Below are positions 1 through 13,575 of a stretch of 64,000 nucleotides of DNA, piece by piece. Source of the DNA: Octopus sinensis (lineage: Eukaryota). The notes beneath the pieces are model-generated. The model did not search any database, was not told the DNA's origin, and saw nothing but the letters and a program-made list of their open reading frames with translations. Both the position numbers and the translations under genes were made by a program. Where the stretch lies: positions 42,284,001 through 42,348,000 of the forward strand of contig NC_043007.1 in the NCBI RefSeq assembly GCF_006345805.1, written 5' to 3'. Position 1 is the first letter of the stretch. Each line of letters starts with the position of its first letter.

Positions 1-18
1 TCGCAGCATGGCTAGTTG
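1..18 (-). CDS. Possible start of a minus-strand exon running off the window edge (QLAMLR...)
   Basis: Minus strand reads T-rich acceptor atattaattgtttattaattgtttacag|CAACTAGCCATGCTGCGA. Only 6 codons are visible; phase 0 would be compatible with the exon at 13576-13703. Confidence 0.25.
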
Positions 19-334
19 CTGTAAACAATTAATAAACAATTAATATACTGTAATCTGAAATGTAAAATAATTTTGGAGCACTAGGTAGTGTCCTCACAGA
101 TAAAGTTGTATAATGAGGGTTGTCTGTTTACTTTTGAAATGCATGTGTATGTATCTCTCTCTCTCTCTCTCTCTCTCTCCACTGTAAAAATATAAGGTAA
201 AACTATAACTTTTTCTGTTGTTTTTGTAGTTTACTTTATACCTTCTCGCACTATTTCAGCCTTACCCAACAAGTCTCTTCAATGTAATATTTCACAATGC
301 TTCATCAAAACCACACCATTCACACACACACATA

Positions 335-555
335 CACAAGGAGGTGCTGAAAAGTTCATGGCTTTGGGTCAAAGAAAATAGAGGAAGATCAGTTATTCAT
401 GATTTTATTCAGCATATTCCCCTCTCAGATTCACACACTTATTGCAGCAGTCCTTCAGTTTTTTTAAGTCATGTTAAAGAATTCACAAGGTCGAGCCTCC
501 AACCAGGCCTTTCGCAATTCCCTTATAGCCAGAAACTTTTCAGCACCCTCTCCTA
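335..555. mobile_element. Mariner-type MITE
   Basis: Terminal inverted repeats gaggtgctgaaaagttcatggct ... agccagaaacttttcagcaccctc around ~200 bp with no transposase motif. Confidence 0.7.
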
Positions 556-1915
556 TACGTATAATCTCATAGTCCTCACAGATAAGAATCCTATCATATC
601 ATCACAAGCCTTATATCAGAATAAAAGATTTATGGAGTTATCAATGTCTAGGTAAACAGAGTTTGTAACCTCATTGTGTGTGACCCATAAATAGTGTTAG
701 TGATCAAATCATATGTTTATAGACACTATAGTCGACAAGTAGGTTATCTGTGTCTAAGTTGTGTACCCCATAGCCTCTAGCACATCAACACCCAGATCTT
801 AGGTGTTCCCCAAAGTCTATAAATAGAGCATCAGTAGCATTTAACTGAAACCTAGTTTTAATATACCTTTTGTTTTGAAATATTGTTTGCCTGGTTGATT
901 TATACCAGCAGTATTGACGTCTTTTCAGGCAGTTCTGCATGTCTATTTTATGGCTTCTACTATTGCTTGTACAAAGCAATCTTTCTGACTAATCTTTGTA
1001 GTCAAATGACAATTGTATTCATATAAGGTTCTTTGTTCTCTTCCTCATTGTAATTAATATTTCAAAAATCTTAACTGCAGTGTTCATTTGACTAGTAACA
1101 CCAAATATCATTCAGTTGGCATTATCTTTTTTTTTTCTTTTCTTCCCTTTTTGTTTTTATTATATGACAGCATAAGTAAAAGAGAATTCTTCAGCAGTTG
1201 CCTTTGCCACATCAAAAATGTATGAAGTGGATGAGGGAAATATATTTACCATGCTGTTTAAACTGTTTACATTGTTGTTGTCCTTTGTTGAATGCATGGA
1301 AAGAGAGTGCGCTGTGATGGTGGTAGTAAAAGAGATTATCCATCCACAATATTTTTAGGGATTCAAGAAAAACAGTAAAGATTTGGGTCATAACAGTAGA
1401 AAACATTATAATGATTGCATCTCAGAATTAATGAGTTCTAATCCCAGTGTATTCAACTTTTTCTCCTCCTTAGCAGATGATGATGGTGTGTGTGTGTGTG
1501 TGTGTGTGTGTAAAGAAAGTTTAAATGCATCAGTAGTGTACTGGAGGACAGAGGAGAGGTTTTTTCCATTAATTTTATGTGCATAACTTTTATGCAACTT
1601 GACCTTGTACCTACTCTAAAGATAATATAGATGGCTTGGAATAAATTACAAAACGAAGCACTGTTTACTCATAGTAGATTTTTTTTTGTCTTCTTTTTAT
1701 TGCATCAATGTTTTTTTTTGAGCTGCGAGGAAATATGTTTTTCTTTGACCGCCTTGTTTGTTTATCATGTTGTCATTTCATTAATATTGTTTATTGACCT
1801 ACAACCATGTGTTCTCACTTAACTATACACACACTCTCACATGTTACTTTAAAGCATTTCAGTTCCATACACCCTGGGAGTTGACATTCCTTTCTCTGTC
1901 AATGAAACAATAGAC

Positions 1916-2202
1916 CAATGATTCTCAATCATTTTTGAGTTCATGGTCCCCTAGATGGAGATCAAAGAAAATATTGCTGGTATACTTTGCATAGAAATTT
2001 TTTTTAAAATTTGCTTTAATGTAAAAAAATTAGAAAAAAAAACATACAATACTATGGTTATCTTGTTTCATTAATTGTATTTCTGTATAACAAAATTATG
2101 AATAACATTTTTTTTTTGAAAATATTCAAGCATTAGCATGGATTTTCTGAAACCTTAAATTATATTCTTTTAAATCTGCAGATCACCCTTTAAGAACCAC
2201 TG
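1916..2202. mobile_element. Old hAT-type MITE
   Basis: Ends caatgattctcaa ... taagaaccactg, same TIR type as 52217-52488. The 8-bp flanks match only 5/8 (caatagac/cagtagtt). Confidence 0.55.
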
Positions 2203-5200
2203 CAGTAGTTTATTATTGTTATTGTTGTTGTTATTGTTTAGTCTTGAGTCAGATTGTGTAGACTTTTGATTGAAGACATTCTTGCTTCTTTTTTGTGTTT
2301 TGATTTGGCTGCTATTTCTAGGAGGTCGAGCGACCATGTAGAGACTTCTTTGTCAGCTTGAGAAATAGCAGATGATTGCTGGTAGTGACTTTGGTGTAGA
2401 CTGTTAACTGAATCCTGCTTACTTGCTGAAAAGTGTCATGAGTTGGTGATGAGGACAGCATTCAATATATCTAAAGGGTAACTTGGGAAGAAACCTGTGA
2501 AGACTAACTTCAGATTTATTGGATCTCCTAGAATAAATGAATTAGGGCATAAACAAGTGGGAAGCTGTATTGTAGATATAGCAAACGTTAATAAAGGAAT
2601 AGGAAAACTAACAATGTAAGTATAATTGACTGCCTGTGGAGTAGTGACCTGCAAAGGGAAAGTTTGCTGTATTGCAAGAAAACAGTGAGCCATTCCTTCA
2701 ATGTTATGCATCGATTTCTGTCCTACTGTATATTCTTGTAATTGCTGTCATTGATTGACACCATGTAAATATTAATCCAACAAACCTATGTCCCAAGGTG
2801 TTCCAACCAAAGACATCCAGTCTTTTATTCTGATATAGTGTATGTAGAAGGCAATGATTCTTAGCCTTTTTTCTATGCCCTGCACCCCAAAGAGCTGTGT
2901 TATTAATTTTCCCACTCCCTACAAAACTAATATGATATTTGAATTATTTTTTAAAATTGAAACATATGCAGTGTTGTGGAATAATAAAGTTCTTGGTGTG
3001 CTTAAAAGAACAATGTTATTTTTAAGAGTTAGGTAATTTTATTCTGCAAAGTGATTTTAATAAAGTATATATTTTCTTACCTTTGTTGCATTGACTTAAA
3101 TGCCATTTCACATCTCCAGTTGGGTGCAGGACCCCTAGGTTCGATATCCAAGTAAGATCTGAATGCTCTGTGTAGCAGGTCAAACATCCACATAGATTCC
3201 CTTCTTGACCCATGCCATTGTAGTTCTTAATGGATGTTGAACCAATTATGCCTCTCTTTCTCTCTCAGATACAATTGCTTATTTTGAGAAGTTACAGGTG
3301 GGTTATGAAAAGCAGTCAATTCAAAGACAACTTATGTGGAGCTTTCTTTTTGAGACAGTAAAAAATGATTACCCTCAAACCCGTGCTGATGCTTCTTGAA
3401 TAAACCTTCAAATCCATATTGATGCTTGTTGAATAAGTTCATTGTAATGATATACCATATTTAACCTGTTGCCTGTCCTAAACATCCATGCCTGTTTTTA
3501 GATTTTCATTTAGTCCCAGTTTTATGCCTTCTGAGCTTTCTATTCATAAGAAAGCTCATATAAAGCTTTCTATTTATAAGTCCCAAGTTATTCTGATGGT
3601 TGAAAAAAATTGGGAATGTGTAACATATATGATATCTGGACACCAGAGAAATATACCCTAAGTATCCCATGTGATACATTGGACAGGCAAAGAGCTAAAT
3701 ATGTGCCTGTGGAGACACTTGCTATAACTATTATTGCTGTTTGTATATCAAGTACATTAGGATGATGCAAAGCTATTGTTACAACAACTTTAGTAATCCT
3801 GGCAATGCCTGAATTTACTAACCTTTTTTGCTGTTGTTCTCCAATGAATCAAAGCTTCAGTTTCTGGTTAAGATTATTTTCACTTACATTACTATCTGTG
3901 AAAGTAACCAAAAATGTTACTTTCTATTAAGTATTCATCCTTTGCCAGTTAAATAATCTTTCTTCCAACCCACATCAATTTCTTCCTTGTCTTTGGTTAG
4001 CCAGCTTTTTACCATTTTTTACCTCAACTAGCCTTTCTCGCCTGTTTTATTGAGTATTTCAATTTTATTCATCCATCTTATTGAGATGGCTATCCCCACT
4101 CATTCTCACAACTTTTTTTTTCCTCCTGAACTGATCTTGGTAGCAGTGTTGTACTGGTTACTTTGTATTTCATATCATTATATTAATAACCCTGTAGATA
4201 TATGGGTTGCACACAAAGGGAGATTTTGCATTGTTAACCCTTTCCCTATCCAAAACATTTTGATAAGTTTGTTTTAAATGTCTATGTTTGTTTTCAGACT
4301 TTTAGTTAGCCCTTGTTTCCCACATTCTGAATAATACCAAGGTTTCCTTTCACAAGTCCCAAATTACTCTTGTTGAAAAAAAGTAGGAATGTGTATCATT
4401 TGTGGTGCATATATGCCAGGGAAATATGTCCTGTTACATATGATACATGGGACAGTCAAATGGTTAAATCAGCAGAGTGGAAATGGTTCCCTTATGATTT
4501 GAAAGCATTTTGTTTTCAGCTTGTAACACATTGTGTCAGTGTTTTGCTAATATTTCTTAAAATACAAATTTCAAATTCCTTAATTTGTTGTTAATTTTCA
4601 TAGTTTTAGTTGTAAGCTTTCTTTATATGTTATTTGGGGAATAAGCATGGTCCAGTACTTTGTACTAGGATCAGATGTTTATGAGTTAACAGGAGAACCT
4701 CTTTGTAGCTGTTTGACCTACTAAAAATAATAGTTAAATGTCCCTTGAATCACATCTTTCTATCTTAAGCCAGGAAAGATAGTATGGTTTGAGATTAAAT
4801 ATGTTTGAAAAAAGAAAAAGTAAAGGAAAAAGACAGCAAGAACTCTTATTTTATAAGGTTTGCTAGATCAGAGCTGAATTGTAGGTTAAACAACAGCTGT
4901 GATTTTGACCAACTCAAAGCCATCTGTAGTTTTATATATGTATTGATGATGGCAACAGTTGTGCAACTTTGTTGTCATTAAACTATGTACTGTTATTCTT
5001 TAGGTGAATCAGTACTTGAGTGATGTTGGCCTTTTAAGACTGTTTGGACTAAGAGCTTACATGTGCTAACTCAACTTACAAGACAGGGCACCCAAATCTT
5101 CCTAAATTACAAATACCATGTTGCAAAAAGGAGGGACACATTGAATAATGGTTGTGCTAGATATACACTGCTCAAGATAAAGACTGAGATGGTCATGGCT

Positions 5201-7312
5201 GGAAGGCCTTTAGTTATAGGTCTGCTCAGGGTTAACATTGGACCTAACAAATAATAATGATGATAAAAACCATACAAATTAACTTTAAGCTGAATATGAA
5301 TTCCGTGTCAGCACTATATTGAGGTTTCTATTAACTTGCAAAACTAAACTCGAATATTATTCTGGAAGTAAGCTGGCTAATTAATTCTGGATTAAAGTCT
5401 TATGTAAAAGGTTATAGATATTCACCATCACGCAATTCTTACATGTCTGTATGTTTTATGTGTTATTTGAAGATGATTGAAGCACAAAAATATGAAGTCT
5501 GAACAAAACACATATGACTCTAGTCTTTTAGAATTTGGATAACATTTTGATTCTGGTGTTTTCTATTAATATGATTGTTATTAGCATCCAGTCTATAAAT
5601 AAAATGAAAACCTTTGATATGCGATTAGACAAATGTCTCTAGGTTAAGTTGACATTTTCGTTTTTACCTCAATTGAAATAGTAGAGAAGTCCAAAGCTGA
5701 AGTTAACATTGTATTGTATAAAGTTGTTAACAGTGTACATGAACATATGTATTTGTGTGTGTGTGTGTGGCAGGGGTGGTGGTGAACATTTAAACTATCA
5801 TTGTTGTATTTACAGCTGGTGTATGTTTACATACATACACCAGTGTGTGTGTGTGTGTGTGTGTTGTAGAGTGTTACCTCTGTGCAGACACTTGCCTATG
5901 TGCATGTCTTTAAATAGGGAATGTATTTGTAGGTTATTACATGTATGAGTCTAAATAGTTAAGTGTAAATGTGTAACTGTAAAGATTACCTGTGTGTGTG
6001 AATGTATTTGTAAGTTGTTACATTGTGTGTATGTGTCTGTAGGTTGTTACAGTGTGTGAGTGTGTTTGTATAGATTGCTAGCTGTGTGTATGCATAACTG
6101 TATAGATTATCTTTGTCTTGATGTATGTGTGTGAAGAGAGAGACTGCTATTTTATAATTTTAAACTCAAGGAAATTAAAAATCCTATCTATTAATTAAGC
6201 TGTTGAGGAATTTCTAAGATATTTATTATAAAACGGTTGAATATTACATTCCAAGAATTATGGAAATAATAGTTTCTCATCAATCTCTTAATCTGTTTAC
6301 ACCCATCTAGGGTTATCATAGCATGATGGGTGTGTATTTGCTGATTTTGTAATGATACCTTAAACTGCTTTGAGACTTCAAGCCCAATAGGAATTTTACT
6401 TTATCTATCTTCATAATGTAATTACAACAGTGAAATAGAATCTCACTATTCTTAAGTGAAGTATTATGGCACTTTTAATGTCTTAATGCATAAATATTTC
6501 TGTATATGTTAAATAGAAAGTGACCCTGAACAAGGATTTCATGAGGACTGTAGAGGACTCTTGTTTAACATAGAGCACAGAAAATTTGTACAGACTTTTT
6601 CTCTACTTAAATTACATTAGAGAATATAAACACTAGTATTCAACAAAACCAGAGCACCTGGCATGCTTATGGAACAGGAACCACAAATTTATTATCGGTT
6701 ACACCACAAAGTGTCTGCCACTCAAATTAGGCAGTATATGCTGTTTCCACTTCTATTAGTTTAATTGTATTATTAAGCTACTTAGTACTTTACTGTGAAG
6801 ACACATGGTGTTTGGTTTACGATCATAAAATACACTGACAATTCCTGAACCAGGCAGCATACTATGTCCTTGAGCAAGACACTTCATTTTATGTTATGCC
6901 AGTCTACTCAAATAGCCAAGTAGTGGTACAGTCCCCCCCCTCCTGCTGTAGCATTCTGGATGTTTCACAATGTCAAAGGTGAGAGCACTGAGAAGTCAGT
7001 CTACTCATGCTTATCAAATTAAACGAAAATTTGGTCCATATCATTTGGCTATACTTGCTCGCAAGTTTCTGTCAGTTGTACTTTATTGTATTGTTAGTAC
7101 TGTTGAAATGATACTAAATTTGAAAAAGGGAGCTTTTAGCTGCTCTACTGTAATTAACTATATTGTCAGTCACCTAGTAAATGATAAATATGTGTTTCAA
7201 ATCCCTTCACTAGGCCTGTTGCCTCATTCCAGTTTCAATATAATTTGTAGAATGCTTTTCAGAAGTTTGCATGGATTGTAATCTTATACTGGTTCTTCTT
7301 TGATGTTTTTGA

Positions 7313-7531
7313 CCCTCAGCATTTGTATTACTCTGTCAAATGTAATGCTTATTTATTCACATTGTTTTGAATTTATCCTGCATTATCTTGTAGCTTTGAG
7401 ATTTTGATGACATGATTGTTTATTTTTAGAGTGACTTTGTAAAGTTGGTGTGAGAGGCCAGATCTGGTTGGTTTGAAGATAAAACAGATAGAATATTTGA
7501 GCCAGATATGGCCAGTTTAAATGCTAAAGAG
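7313..7531 (-). mobile_element. TTAA-type (piggyBac-like) MITE, family A, reverse orientation
   Basis: Reverse complement of the copies at 14260 and 34838; degenerate ends ttga|ccctcagc ... ctaaagag|ataa. Confidence 0.65.
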
Positions 7532-8192
7532 ATAAGACAAATGTTAATGGGAGATGGTTTTCTGTAAACAAATTTCGATAGCTAATTGCTTGCTGTCTAT
7601 AAACCATCTGTTTTGCATGAGGTATATAAGATGGTGATAATGATGATATTTATCACAGGTCAGCCCTATAATCAGTGGCATGCCAGCCATGGTACTAATT
7701 ATACCATCCTAACTTTTTCACATATTGTTTATTTGGGACTGCATTAACCACTGTGTCTTACCATTCTTTTTTAAAAGATGTTTGGATGTGAGTTGAGAGT
7801 TATTTTGTTATTTGTAGTAAGTTAAAAGACTATGTAGAACTTCCTTGTTGACTGTAGGCTCTTAAGCTTATAGAAAAAGGGGAAATAATGACTGTGTGAC
7901 ATTCAAAACTTAAGAATCTTATGAACTTTAAGTGAAATGTAATGGTTGCTAACATAAGAATAAAGCCAAGAGGCATACTTGCATTGTCAGAAATTCATCT
8001 TCTCCTTTGCATCACTAAATAATTTTATATGTTAACAAATATTTCTTTCATTTGGGTATGATTGTTAAAATATGTTAAATATTATTGTCACTATAAGCCA
8101 CTGGAGCTTATGAGACTGGTGCTTCTCTGCAGTACCTAGACTCTTTAGCTATAAAGAGACAAAGATGAAACTTGCTTTGGAAAGTCTCTTAA

Positions 8193-8400
8193 CACTTTCG
8201 TTACTGCATTTATTTTGAGATGCTCTGTGTTTCTTCTAATTATTTTAAATATAACAAAGAATTTAGTAAAATAACTTAGTTTTCATTAAGCTAGTATTAC
8301 AACTAAGGTTTGGTGGTATATTTTGATGCAAAACTTATGAAAACAAGACATTTGTACTACAGAGCCAGAGCCGGTTTTGGCCGGGTCGGTAACGAAAGGG
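8193..8400. mobile_element. TTAA-flanked piggyBac-like MITE, family B
   Basis: TTAA at 8189-8192 and 8401-8404; TIR c(a/c)ctttcgttac ... gtaacgaaaggg. Confidence 0.8.
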
Positions 8401-8711
8401 TTAAAGCCAATTTTCCCAGATGACCTGGCATGAATTCCTCTCAGCCCATTGCATTGAGATGCATTCATGTTTTTAGCAGAGTACAATCTGTTGCATGAAT
8501 TCAGGCTAGGTCCCTGCTGTGAAGGTAATTTCTTCCCTCACTCCACTACCAGTGTTGAGGGTGTATGAAAAGGGTTGCAAGTGATCCTTTCTTCCTCTGA
8601 CTTAACTGTTAAAAAAAAATGAACACAAAACTCATGAACTACCTGCTGATACCTTAGCTACTCAGCTGTTTTCACAACAACTGTTACATGCACACACACA
8701 CACACATACAC

Positions 8712-8940
8712 CATTATCATCATCATCATTTGATACCTCTTTTCCAAACTGGCATGGGTCCAATGGTGTGAATGGATACATGCCAAAGGACTGTGTCCTA
8801 CTCCATTGTCTGTTTTTGCATAATTTTTATGGCTGGATGCCTTCTCTAATGCCAACCACTTTGCACAATGTACTGGGTGAGTATTTTTTTTTTTTGTGAC
8901 ATCAGCATTAATGAGGTCACCAAGTAACTTGCAAGACGAA
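8712..8940 (-). mobile_element. RTE-tail retroposon/SINE fragment (GAT-repeat tail family)
   Basis: Reverse copy of the ...ttaggaagggcatccagc...gatgatgat family also at ~13315-13500, 30075-30375, 38915-39012, 39610-39690, 40640-40797, 47995-48180, 50400-50575 and 57480-57700. Confidence 0.7.
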
Positions 8941-9249
8941 GAAATTGCTCCTTGACTATGTGGGTTACATTAGAGAGAGGTATAGTTTTATACCAAGTGT
9001 TCTGAGGGTAAAGTACACACACACACACACACACACATGCACAAATATTTATATACACTTAAATTACAAATATATATGCACATATGTATATACACACATA
9101 CAAACATACATATACTCACACACACATGCAAACATGTGTGTGTATATATGTATCTATGAATGTATGTATGTGTTCGTGCCTGTGTGTGTTTATGTACTCA
9201 ATAACATTTCCAAATTTGTACTCAGTATGTTTTTGTCACATTCACATTT

Positions 9250-10330
9250 GTGCCACTTATTGAAAACAGTATTGCAATTAATCAAGTTTACGATCAATTA
9301 TGCATAGTCTTTTGCACCTCAGTGCAGTTGTTGAACTTTTCATGTTGTTCCATGCACAGCAGTTTGAAGCAGCTCAGTTACTATATCAGTTCTTTAATGC
9401 ACTGTTTGCACTCAAACACTCCTGCATTCTGCAAGTCTTGTTTCTTCAGAAATTTAAGATGCAGCTTTGTTAATCTTTGATCAGCTATTTTGGGTTTTTC
9501 TCCTGCGTGCTTTTCTTCTGACAAGACCTTTATAAAAAGCTTTAGGTTTCATGTACTGGGCCTTTGCTTGGATGTTTGTCCTTGTTATTTTTGTAACAAT
9601 TTAGAAGTGCCGTGTTTTGTGTGTTTTTAGCTTCACCTTGAGTATCTGTTCTTTGTGTAGTACTTTGTAAATCTCTATATTTCATTTTTTGGGCTGGCTT
9701 CATTGTTTTGTTTCATATGTTGCAGCACTTTTTATTAAGCTATACCTTTCATGTACTGGACTGTAGCCAATGTTGTTCTTCATGTAGCATTTAATAAAGC
9801 TATAAATTTCAATTATTAACCCTCAGTTTTATTTGTCCATGACATAACACTTTATAATCTTTAAGTATCATGTGTTTGGCTTCAGCTTTGATTTCTTTCT
9901 TTTTTTTTTTTTATTAATTCATGTGATACATTAGAAAAGCATCTAGAAAAAATATATATATATATACGAACATCTTTTTAATTGATATAGCTTCAGGCAA
10001 TATAAATATCCCACAATGAGTTATGTTACAAGAAAATTTACATCAGCTTCTTTTGAATTCACTCTGTAAATGTTTATCCAAAATTTTTGCAAGGTGATCT
10101 ATTGAAAATGTATCCCTTTTGTACGAGCTGCTGTTTCTGTTGTGCTTTTTAATCTTTCAGCGATTACTCTGACACTGAAAGTTCACTCTTTCTTAACTCT
10201 TTTCTGTTGGTATCATTTGATGAGTGTCTTTTGAAACTTTCTTTCATGAGTTATTAATTCAAAACTCATTCTTGGATGAATTTGCAGGCGAAATTCCGTA
10301 GAAATTCAAGATCACGTAACGTATTGGTAA
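9250..10330 (-). mobile_element. Highly degraded coding-like relic, possibly a pogo/Tigger-like DNA transposon
   Basis: Minus-strand stop-riddled peptides (RKELRKSELSVSE*; KQCIKELI*...EVQKTMHN*) loosely recall pogo N- and C-termini. No catalytic motif or TIR seen. Confidence 0.25.
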
Positions 10331-10389
10331 ATAATTTACAATTCTAAACATTTTTGCTATTTTTTTTTAAAATTGTAATAGTCATTTCA

Positions 10390-10612
10390 AATACTATATA
10401 TATCTGTATATGTATGTATTCATATGTATGTGCCTATGTGCATATATTTGTGTATGTATATATATATGCATATATATACACACACACACACACACATATG
10501 TATACAAATATATATATACACACACATATATGTACATATATGTATACAAATATATATATACATATATACACACACATACACACACACATGTATGTATACA
10601 TGTTATATATAT
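10390..10612. repeat. Compound (TA)n/(CA)n microsatellite
   Basis: Direct inspection; source of the spurious Y/I/H/T-rich ORFs. Confidence 0.95.
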
Positions 10613-11510
10613 TCTTTGAAGGCATAAACAATTTGTGTAACTAATCGAAATAGCCATCAACTTCCATACTTCCATCACGCCTACTTAATAATATTTGCAT
10701 GAAGGCTTTTCAATATTTTTTTCCTTGGTCTGTTTCAATATTTTAATGCTGAGCTGTGCACCTCAAAAGCAAGGCAGTATTTTTGGTTAATCAGCTTTTG
10801 TGATTTTATTATTGTATCTCAGCTACTATTTATGTAAGCTGCATGCACCAACACGCTCCTCTTTTATAGCCTTGCTACCATCATTAGTCATGTCTCTCTA
10901 ACATGATTAGAAATTTCCAACAATAAGGTAACCATTTGCAAGCACATGCATTTCATTACTAACCACTAAGAAAAATGTTTTTCCAGTAGAAGCCACAGTT
11001 TATGAATCGTCTTAACTATGTTGGCTTTGCTAATTCTTCTGTTGTTAATGAAAAACAATTTGTGAATTACTGTTGTCATTTGTTTTTGTTTAATTCACTG
11101 ACACTGAAATTTTTGCAAAATTATCAATTTTTTTAATTACTAATCCAAGTGTAAATATATAGAATGAGAATGCATACAAATAAAGAGGAACAAGGCTGAA
11201 ATTAATTGTGAGAGCTACCAATGTATGTAGCTCTCACAGCTGATTCCTGTTTATTTATATACATACTTATTGAGGTACATAATTTTTTATGTAAACTGAT
11301 CTCAAATTTTATTTAACACAGTAATTTTTTTTTTTTGTCTTTGTTCTTCATTATCAAAAACAATTTTCTACATTTTTGAAGTATTAGTTTAGATATTCTA
11401 TTCTTCATTTCAATGTCTTCATCATTTCAGTGTCTCCACATGTTTTATGATTACATATCACCATATATTGCATTAATCAATGTAGTTAATGTGTGTGCAA
11501 GCACACACGC

Positions 11511-11554
<44 letters not shown>

Positions 11555-11686
11555 TTATTCTGTTTTAAATAACATGGCAATAAATTTCTTTTAACAAAAG
11601 CTTTGTATATTGCATGAAGAGGGGTGACTAAAAGACAGTTAATTAGTCGTGTGTGAGCTCCCTTAATATATATATACACATACATA

Positions 11687-12567
11687 CAAGGTGCAGCAAA
11701 ATGATCTGACACATTTGTAGGTTTAGTAAAAGTGAAATAGAGAAAAGAATGCAAAATGTGTTTTTATTTTCGAAATGTACATATAATGTTATTTTGTTTC
11801 ATTTGGTTTTAAAAATTAGATCAGTCAGGTGGATGCTGTTACTGTCCACACAGTGTTGAAGGCGTTGTCAAAAGTTGTCCATGACCCGATGGGCCATTTC
11901 ATGTGGAATGGCAGCAATTTCTTGATGAATTGTATCTTAATTATTCAATAGATTGAGGGCAGCAAGTGTATACCTCTGATTTCAGGTATCCCCATAGAAA
12001 AAAAATCGCACGGGTTCAAATCAGGTGATCAGGTGGGAAAACCAATGTCACCGCACAATGAGATCAAATGATTGGGGAACATTTCCCTCAAAATTCCTAT
12101 TGCACTTTGAGAAGTGTGGGCTGTTTGCCCCATCCTGCTGAGACCAAACATTGTCCCTATCAAGTTCACTCAGTTTGGGTTTCAGAAAAGTCTCTAACAT
12201 CACACAATATCAATCAGAGTTTACTGTCACTGTAACATTGTCTCCTTCGAAGATGTATGAACCCCAAATGCCGAATTCTGCTGCTGTAGAATTTCTAGTG
12301 GGTACAAGATCATGTCTACCAAGCCTGAAGTACACATGGAACACTCTTCATGTTGCAGTTATGGATTTGTTGTTCTTGATAAACATTTCCACAATGAAAG
12401 TGTGATGCTTGCCCATCCAATTCATGTTGGCAACTGAAAATGAATTGAAACAAAACGTCACAGATGGCACCTATTGAAACAAAATGGCATTATATGTACA
12501 TTTCGAAAATAAAAATATGTGTTTCATTCTTTTCTCTATTTCACTTTTATTAAACCTACAGATGTGT
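11687..12567 (-). mobile_element. Degenerate Tc1/mariner-superfamily element with ~100-bp inverted termini
   Basis: Minus strand with frameshifts gives VWSQQDGA/TAHTSQSAIGILREMFPNHLISLCGDIGFPT*SPDLNPCDFF/WGYLKSEVY. Inverted repeats ~11710-11810 vs ~12470-12567; TA at 11685-11686; right tip lost into a (GT)n/(TA)n tract. Confidence 0.85.
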
Positions 12568-12579
12568 GTGTGTGTGTGT

Positions 12580-12630
<51 letters not shown>

Positions 12631-13575
12631 GAACTGTTACAGAATTTGTTTATAAAGATGTTTGATTTTCAATTTTGAATACTTTACCTGACTAGAAATA
12701 AGTTTTTTTAAAAATGCGTTTTAATTTGTGTATGAGTGTTTAGTCAAGTTGAAATTTTATTAATTAAGGAATGCTTAGTTTATTTTACGGGATGTCCAAG
12801 AATGATAGTCAAAAAACTTAAGTAACTAAGGGATTTTCTGTCAATGATAAGTTTGTCTCGGTATACAAAGATGTCTGAATAGAGAGTATAAATTTTTAAA
12901 AAAGGAGAGTAGAGCAGTTGGATGTATTTAGATTTAGGGAATAACACCCTCACCTACCTACTTGAAGTTGCTGAGCATGTTGCTCTGATTCAGAATGAGA
13001 TAATGAGCTGCAGATGTTTGGATGCTGACTATTTGACATGGCTGACTGGTCATCCAACCTGTTTTGGTTCAGTACATTTTGACATTAAAGGCAAACATGC
13101 ACATGCACACAAAGAAATATACACATTCCGATAGAGACTGGGAGGTGGGGAAGAACAAGAGAAACGTTAAAACATCTGTTGTCAAATAAGTTGGTATTGA
13201 ATCAATGATGCCAAATAGGCAGCACCATAATGGCTGTGCCAAAGTGTCTCATATTCATTCTGAAAAGCTACATACTATCAAACAGTGACTCTGGGAGTAT
13301 TTTCTTGCCCTTTATGGAACACTGGTGATGGTACCACATAAAAAGCACCCAACACTTTCAATAAAGTTATTGGCTTTAGGAGGGACATCCAGGTGTAGAA
13401 ACCAAACCAAAACAGACTATAGAATCTGGTGCAGACCCTGGTCCTGTTAGGCCAACCCATGCCAGCATGAGAAATGGACGTTAAATGATGATGATGATAT
13501 TCCATGCTAGCTTAGCTATATGGTCTTTGTGGAAAGTAGTGTTTTTTTTATACATACACTGCATGATTTCCTTAC

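Noticed and set aside
5440-5592. Minus-strand acceptor and gtaaga donor pair
   Set aside because: All three frames contain stops.
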